A stretch of DNA of 56,374 bases, filler included, from Sluysia triapertura (Eukaryota): the NCBI GenBank assembly GCA_046118255.1. It is 3 parts of 3 records of this genome, joined end to end, with 100 filler letters (N's around TTAATTAATTAA, not from the genome) between each part and the next. Parts side by side here need not be neighbours in the genome. Positions count along the whole stretch, not along the records: positions 44,359 to 56,374 come from JBJNIA010147387.1; 2 more parts are not named here. The stretch is one strand, 5' to 3'. Shown piece by piece: positions 48,468-56,374 of this stretch. Positions within the stretch are counted from its first letter, which is position 1. Each line of letters opens with the position of its first letter. The translations under genes were made by a program, and so were the position numbers. Under the pieces are notes generated by a model. The model ran no database searches. It was given only the letters and a program-made list of their open reading frames with translations, and had not been told where the DNA came from.

Positions 48468-51400
48468 GTAGTATATTTTGTAATATGAAACCATTTTACC
48501 TTTGAATATATATTTACGTTCAAGGAAGAAGGTTTACCGTTGTAATAAAGACAAATCCCGCTAGATATTTTAATTGATATTCTACGCATAAACAAAATTT
48601 TATTTGATAATTAAAGAAATTTGAAGTGATTCATAACTGAGTTTTAGAAAAAAATTCATTATATCAAAATATATCTGCTTCTATTCATAAGTAACCTCTC
48701 ATCTTCGAACTGGTATTAAGTATATGTGATTGTATTAAATTATTTTTCCATAGCTTTTCTCTTTGTTAAATCGCGTTTTTAGTATAAGTGTTTTTGTTAA
48801 GTTTTGTTTTTTTTAATGAATCTTTTGTAATCTCTCCTCCATTCCAAAACTTTATTCCATAGCGTTTGGTCGTTCCATGAATTACCTGATTAATGTTTTA
48901 TCGGAATAAAGTGCTCAAAATTGATTTTATAAAAAAACATTTTAAATAAAATTATATGAAATTGTATTACACTTTGCACTATCAATTAATACCTAATATT
49001 CAGATCATTCATCGAAAACGACCAAATGAATAAATGAATAAAGTACATATTTATTATAATATGAATTATAATACATAATGAAAATATATTACTAAAACGA
49101 TAATATATACTTTACTTTAACTAGTATACATAGAGAACTGGTTATACAGTCATAATATAAGTTGTATAATTTAGAATTAAATTATCTAGGAAGTAAAATA
49201 TTAAATTAGAGAGAAACTGGTTACAGTAATGGTCTGTTTGACGAAAATTAAATTATGAATAAGGAAAAAGGAATATAAACTTAAGAAATTTGAATAGAGT
49301 TTCATTAATTTTATTTACAAATTACTATATTTTTTGCATATTTATGTTTGACGTGTTGTATAATATATTTGGTATATTTACAGTGGGATGTATTTGTAAA
49401 ATTAATTCTAAGTTAATTAACAGGATTTTAAATGATACTAATTTTAAATTTAATTAGAATTGATTAGTTATTAATATAATCTAGTTTACCGTTATGTTTA
49501 TTTTGAGAAAGGGATGGACAACTTGAAATTATACTAAACGTAGCACTTCCATTTCTTACAAATAAGAAATAACAACTTATAATTGTAACTACAAAATTTA
49601 AAATATTGACTTATAATTAATTAAATTCAAGTAAGTAAAATAAACAATTTTCATAAAAACTATAAATCCTAATTTAAGATTTTTTATTGTCTTTCAAAAT
49701 GTCGTCTAATAAAAAATAGGTTACTAATGAATTACTTGATTTATTTTGCAGATTGTATGAATTAATAATTGGAGTACTTTGAGTGCAAAAACTCATTATA
49801 TGACATTGCATTTTCATTCTTTTTCAAGGTTTACTAAACAAATTTAAAAAGCGAAATTTAGCATTAAAATATTTAATTTAGTTGATAGTTTTCTCATGTT
49901 CTTAGATTTTCGTTGATATCAATTTTTATAACCTATAAATTTTCCTGTGCAAAACTTTGCAAATCACTATCGTATTAATTTCGTGCAAAAATTCCTTAGA
50001 AACTAAGAATTAACAGCTATTGAAAATTAACCGCGAGTTATTCATATTTTAGTAGCAATCAAATTCCATTTATTTTGAGAATGGAAATTTGCAAAAGTGT
50101 TTTATAGTTTGATACTATTTGAAGATTTAATTTGGATAGTTATTTTTGTAATACATTTTAACATTTTGAGCCAATTTATAATAATAATGAAATCTTTTCT
50201 TGTATTTTTTTGTATAATGGAAATAAGTGGAAGAAAATAGTCCGTTACCAAGAATAACGTTTATAACCAAGAAAATTTAAATGTATGGTAATCAAGTGAA
50301 TAGTAATCAATTCATGTTCAATATGTTCAAAATAATAATGTATGGAGTTAATTCCTATGGTAGCGCAGGAATTTGATCTTCGTCTCGTGAAATTAGCTTA
50401 TCTAAGTAAACAATTAAACCGAACATGTTTTAACAATAACTAATTTTTTCTTTATGTTTGACGGGTAAACTAAGTTATTAACTGAATAATTTATTGTACA
50501 AGAATTTGGAGTTGTGATATAAATCGCGCCTGCATTATAATTTATAAGATTGATGGAATTTGTAGAGATTTTTACGACATGAAATTTCAACTTCTATGGT
50601 CTTTATTTTATTCTTAATGACCTGCATCATTTTACTTTAATTTTAATAATTTTCTTAACAGACCTAATATTTTGTTTTTTAGCTTGTTTAGGGAAAGATC
50701 TACGCGCGATAAAATAGAATAATAGCAAGAAATATATATAAAACAAAACATAAATATAAGATGCTAACAAGTATTTACTAAGATAGTCATTCAATCTTTG
50801 CATTTTCGGTTTTCTTCACCTATAAAACAGTGTGATAATTCATATAATTGATGTTGCCTACGCATACCGTGACTTGCATTATTTAACAATAACTATTATC
50901 TCGAAAACTAAGTTGCGCATCATGAAAGTTGGGATTGTCGGTTGATGGATATCGCGGGATGTAGTTTATTTTGATATATCAAACGTTTAGTTGGAACCCC
51001 ATTTGGTACTGTTGTAAAGGTAAAATTCGCAGTTATTCCTCTTGATGTATAATTTGTTAATGATACCACTGAAACTGGTAGATTTTCGATCATCTTTCGA
51101 ATCAAAGAATATAAAACAATATATCAAAAAATATACTTATTTTTTATATCAGCTTTGGTATTTGTTTGTGTCTACGATATTCATCTTTTTAGCAGATTTA
51201 TTGTTTTTCCGTAATATTAGTTAGTAATGTGATAGATTCCTACCTTCTTTTATATTTTAAAGTGTTATATTTAAATATTTAGATATTCGTAAATAAATTT
51301 TTTGAGTTTTGTAACTGTTTTATTAGTTGTATAATGGATTTTTGGATATTCTCAGATTTCGTAAAATATAAGTGCAATATATTTCTTAATATTTATGACA

Positions 51401-51524
51401 ATATTTTAATGTTTAAAATTTTTTATTATTTAAAATGTTGAAATATCTTACATTTCTTGTATAATGTTTTATAGTATTTTCTACAATTTTGTGATAGTAC
51501 TATTTTTTAACGGTCAATTATTTT

Positions 51525-52640
51525 AGCCTTATCGAAATCTAAATGTACTTTAAGTTGGTGCAATTTGTCCATTCCCATAATAATGTCTTCGAAGCAATTT
51601 TCTATGAATTTTATCTCAAATTTATTTATTGTTGGTTCACAATTCCAGTATGTTTTATTGTATCTTCAGTTACGCTTCAAGATTAGGCAAATGTTCTAAA
51701 GTTCAACATTTGTTAAAATCGATTTATTAAGGATTCTGTAACTATCGCATCGATTATAGCAGAGATTATTCAGCACTTAATTCTAATTTCGACCACTGGA
51801 CACCTTGCGCCAATATAACAATTAATATCACAAATAGTAAACTAAATTTTTGGATATTGGAAATGTTGGATATAAATTCATCGAATTTTTTATTATCAAA
51901 AATATTCGAGAACGAATTGAACGTTTGTAAAATTTAAATGTTATCTGCTTCGATTAAAATGTTTTCGATATAATATAAAACGGGTTGCTACTTTGATCAA
52001 ATGCGAATCTACTACTTTAATGTAAACGCTCTTGGCAAATAATATAGTATATTTTGCTGCCTTAGTCTCAGCTTTCTGTGAAATTTCTCTTGGATTTATT
52101 AACTATACTAGCATTAATTTTATTTTAATCTATAATATTATTTATCAAATTCGAGAGCTTTTATTGTCTCTCTAATGGTTTTCTTAAACAAACTCTATTT
52201 TATTATTATAATATCTTAAATCTGGTGAGTTTTGTACTCGTTTCTGTTCGAGATGGGAGCGCTTTATCAAAAAATGAAATGTTTTCTATAACTTTTGGAT
52301 CTTATCATCAACCTCTAGTGCAATTCAATAATTTTATTCAAATCAAAGCAATATATAAATGAAAATATATAAGTTAAAATGTTAAATGAAAATTTATCAA
52401 TTTGAAATCAAATTTTAGTTAATTTACAATTATTGCCAACAAAAATTACCTTTACTAATAAAGTCTGATATTGTTTACTCCAAGTCAAAATGTATCTGTC
52501 CTGCTCAATATTTGTATTTGCACCAATATCTAGTGGATTGAATTCGAAATCTCTTTACCAACTAAATCCAGTGTTTTTTCCAAATCAAATATGCTCGCCG
52601 CAATTAATATTTGTATTCTCACTAATGTCTAGTCATGGAA
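51525..52640 (-). mobile_element. Heavily decayed retropepsin-like (LTR element protease) remnants
   Basis: Minus-strand peptides ISAIIDAIVTESLIN, DIIMGMDKLHQLKVHLDF and LDIGANTNI resemble the retropepsin D(T)G and ILGxD motifs. Confidence 0.4.
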
Positions 52641-53723
52641 CGAATTCTAAATCTCTTGTTTTTGTGTCTTTAGCTATATTTAAACTTTTCAATTCACTTC
52701 GCTTAGTATTCAATGAAATTATTTAATTCTGGTTGACAATTAAAATTATTAAATTATGTACATATTATTCAATTAACAATAAAATTATAATTCATTTCGG
52801 ACCATAGACTCAATTCAATATCAACAATAAAAGTATTCAATTCTGGTTAACATTTTATAATATACTTTAATTTGTTTAAATTTATACCATTGTATATCAT
52901 TCAAAGTCGATTGTTGTATACAATATTATCATTTGATATTTTATGTGGGTCACAAAATAATCGTTAAATAAAAAGTAAATAATGGCTCACGAAATTTTTT
53001 ATTATAATTAAAGCATTAAAGTATTTATTAAAAATTAACTGACTGATATGGCCATATGGATAAATCTTATTTGTCGTTTATAATATCAATTTTTTAGTCA
53101 TTCACTTTATTCAAATGTCGTAGCAAGTATTATAGTCGATTCACAATCAGTTAAGACGTTATTTTCAAGTAATCGATATTACATTCAAGCATTGCATCAT
53201 TTTTCAGACATTCGATTAACAATGACGCATATTACGTTTTCTTTCAACATTTCGTCAGAATTTATTAAAATATTGGATATTAATGTTGAGAGTATTGCGT
53301 TGCTTTTAATATTGTATATTAATGTTTTGAGGGCCTTACTGACGCGTGTATTTTGTTTTTTATTATAAACTTTAATTATTCGTTATTAATTCGGTAAATT
53401 TTACTTAATATCATATTTAATTTGGCATAAATTTTATTTATATTATCTAACAAAATATTTATGTTAAATTTAAATTTAGTTAAATTTAAAGCCGGCTTAG
53501 GACCTGGCAACACATGTCTCTAAATTTATTAGGGTAACGAAGCAAAATTAAAAAGTAACAAACTAGAAACTTAATTTTATAACATTTGTAACAAGTAAAA
53601 AGTGTAACAATAATAATGAAGAGATTTGTAACTGTTAGTTCAACATAACTTAGATATCATAACTTTTCTGGATCTCAACATTTCTGTTAATTTCTTTTCG
53701 GTTGTTTTGACATTATGTCTTAA

Positions 53724-53808
53724 CCCTTCAAACCGTTAAGACGAGTGCGCGTTCGTCGTTCTGGCGTCACGTGTAACATTAAATAATATTAATACATGAC
53801 TTGGAGGG
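53724..53808. mobile_element. 85-bp piggyBac-type MITE
   Basis: TTAA|CCCTTCAA...TTGGAGGG|TTAA. Internal hairpin GACGA..TCGTC. Confidence 0.65.
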
Positions 53809-54519
53809 TTAACCTATTAATGAAGCTTGTACATGATTTAGATGGCATTATTAAATTTACATAATTTTAAATAAATTTTTTTACATAAATTTTCTGACTT
53901 TTTAATCCATCATGATTAGGTTTTGTAGGATAAGCAAAATTACATATTGGATCAAAAATAATTAGTAGAATACAATTTGATGATTTCGGAGTTTTGTATA
54001 ATTCATAGAAATCAGGATATTGATTTTTATAGCCACGTAATGAATATTTTTAATTATGCAGCGCATAATTGTGCTGTTTGTTAAGATTTACTGTCCATAT
54101 TAAACGATTACAAACTAATTTTGATTATTTCTTAAGTTTTTATATCGATTCAATTATTAATAGTAATCGTCAGTAATATTTTTAATCATAATTATAGTAA
54201 TTATTATCTGCTTACCATTGTAAGTAGGTAATAATTAATAATAATTATAATAACAATGATTAAAATCGAATGCATAATTAATTTTACAATAAATAATAAT
54301 CTGACATTAATCTTCTGGAATATATTCACTTTCCTGGAAAAGGTAGGTAATATTATTAAACACAGTTTAGCATTAATAATTGAAATTAAAAGATATGTAA
54401 TCATTTCATTGGCTAAATTTTTATTTTTCTGTCGTGAACCTGAGTTTGATAATATGATTCATAGTATGAATTAAAATTTTTATTTTGATGTGAATTGCAA
54501 TGATTACATGAGGTAATAA

Positions 54520-54564
54520 TGGTGGCGGTGATGGTGATGGCGGTGATGGTGATGGTGGTGATGA
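54520..54564. repeat. (GGT/GAT)-type low-complexity triplet run
   Basis: ggtggcggtgatggtgatggcggtgatggtgatggtggtgatgat. Confidence 0.8.
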
Positions 54565-56374
54565 TTATTATTATGAAAATGTGTCAAGGTGTTTGATGCA
54601 TGTGGTTTGAAATAGAATCACCAGGGTCAAATAAATTACTTTGTAGAGATATTGAATCAGGGTTTATTGTTATTAGTGTTATTATTATTTTAAAATTACT
54701 GTTATTAAACTTATTAAATATACAATTGACATACTTTACACAACTTGATCTTTTCTGCAAAAAAATAAATAAATACATGAATGAAATATAGTTTTTTCTC
54801 TTGTAACTATTGTTGATTCATTTAAGCCTATTTCTGTAAAAAAGTATTTCTATTTTAAACTTGATTTTCCTTAGACACAATTTATCTCTTTCGAATTTGT
54901 ATTTAATTTCTTTACTCTATTCTATGTTTCGTGTTTTAGGTTTTCTAAGCTTAAACTTAATTCAAATATAAATGTAAAACGTATATAAAATTTAAATATA
55001 GTTTAGCTTTAAATTTAGATACTTTTGAAAACTCAATGATAATGACAGATTTATATGTGCTTATAATTAATGTATTCTATATTTAATTACAATCATTGTA
55101 ACTTCCCTTATGAATTCTTACTGTTATCCTAAATCCTTTATCAATATATTCACTTTACTCTAATTTTAACTAACAATTAAACTCGTTGATGCAAACTTTA
55201 TAAAATGTTATAACAAATTCTTAACTTTGTCAATATGTATTCTCGATTTTCAACAATAGTTTAAGCTGTTTCAATTATAAATTATTACTAGTTAACAATA
55301 GTTTAAAGTCTTTTAGTAGTTATTTCATCTTATGGACTCTTTATCGTCTCGTTATATAAATAATACTTATGTTTCAAATTTATTTTATACAAAAATACGA
55401 GCTCGGATACTCGTTCCGATAACTGGAATAGAAACGCAAGTAAGTTTGAATTCTATTTTTAGATTAAATGTAATGGTCAGATACTTGAATTACCAAAATT
55501 ATTTTTTTTATTATCACATAGTTTATTTGTCTATTTCTTTCTGGCAACTCTACTTTCAGTAAATATCGAACTCAAAAAAATTTATTATTTACACTTTATA
55601 AAAAAATAAAACTAGATATCGATAATACGAATATAATAATAAAAAAGATTTTATTAATAATAATAGACAATAGACTTTAATAATAATTTACAGTTTTATA
55701 AACTTTAATCAAATAATAATATAATATAATACTATAAAATTTAAATAATAAATCACATAAACAAGTTAGCTAGTAATAATTTGTTAATACATAATAATTC
55801 AATGATACTGATAATCAATACTTTCAGTCTGAATATTTGTAGATTTGTTAATGAACTTTGATTACATATAATTTATATTCAATCGCATTTTAATATGATT
55901 TTTTCCGATTATAATACTTTTAATTTTGAAATAATTTTGATATTACATTATTCTTTCTGTAATGCCAAATCTTTAGTTTAAGTTGATTTTAATGGAAAAT
56001 AATGTTATTAATTTTTAATTACACACTAGTTTTATTCAATTTCAATTTAATATAATTTTAACTCATATTAGAATGATCTTTATGTTCTTAAAATTTAATC
56101 TTATATTGTCTTTATAAAATCTCATTTGAAAATGACAATTTGTTTAATTTCAATTTAAACTAGTTACTTTTTGTCATGAAATTTTGAATTTTTACTAACT
56201 CGATTAAATCTCATTATAAATTAATACAAAGCATTATAATATTAATGATAACGATTTTAATTTTATTTTGCAATGTGTGGAGGTTATTAGCAAATATATA
56301 AATAATAATTTCCATAATACTTGTAATTGTTGAAAATTTAATCGTTGATTCTTTTGATAATGAATTTTCTGATA

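Noticed and set aside
54480-54780. His-rich or Pro-rich protein exon
   Set aside because: All frames are closed by nearby stops; it is explained as a low-complexity triplet run.
48500-56374. Short ORF-track ORFs as genes
   Set aside because: They are 60-80 aa and rich in I/F/L/N/K, as expected by chance in very AT-rich DNA, with no recognisable motifs.

Overview
AT-rich eukaryotic (animal-like, intron-containing) DNA. It is not one locus: three pieces are joined by artificial 100-nt linkers (N44-TTAATTAATTAA-N44 at 31267-31366 and 44259-44358). Piece 1 (1-31266) holds two decayed multi-exon genes on the minus strand (PHAF1/C16orf70-like and AFG3L2-like) and an interrupted RS-rich orphan ORF. 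It also has three Penelope-like retroelement (PLE) copies from two families, each with an inverted arm and hammerhead-ribozyme-like motifs, plus a 5'-truncated LINE, a hAT MITE and several tandem repeats. A direct repeat about 27 kb apart suggests the whole block is a segmental duplication unit. Piece 2 (31367-44258) holds an uninterrupted, intronless, signal-peptide-bearing bacterial-type agmatine/peptidylarginine deiminase ORF (horizontal-transfer candidate, cut by the contig end). It also has a 7-unit heat-shock-element array, a decayed NeSL-like non-LTR element (Ulp1 protease + RT + restriction-like endonuclease) and a hAT MITE inside a decayed coiled-coil ORF. Piece 3 (44359-56374) holds a Ty3/gypsy RT fragment, a two-exon AN1 zinc-finger gene missed by the ORF track, the 5' part of an R7-family RGS gene, retropepsin-like remnants and a tiny piggyBac-type MITE. 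All family assignments come from motif recognition by eye; no searches were run.
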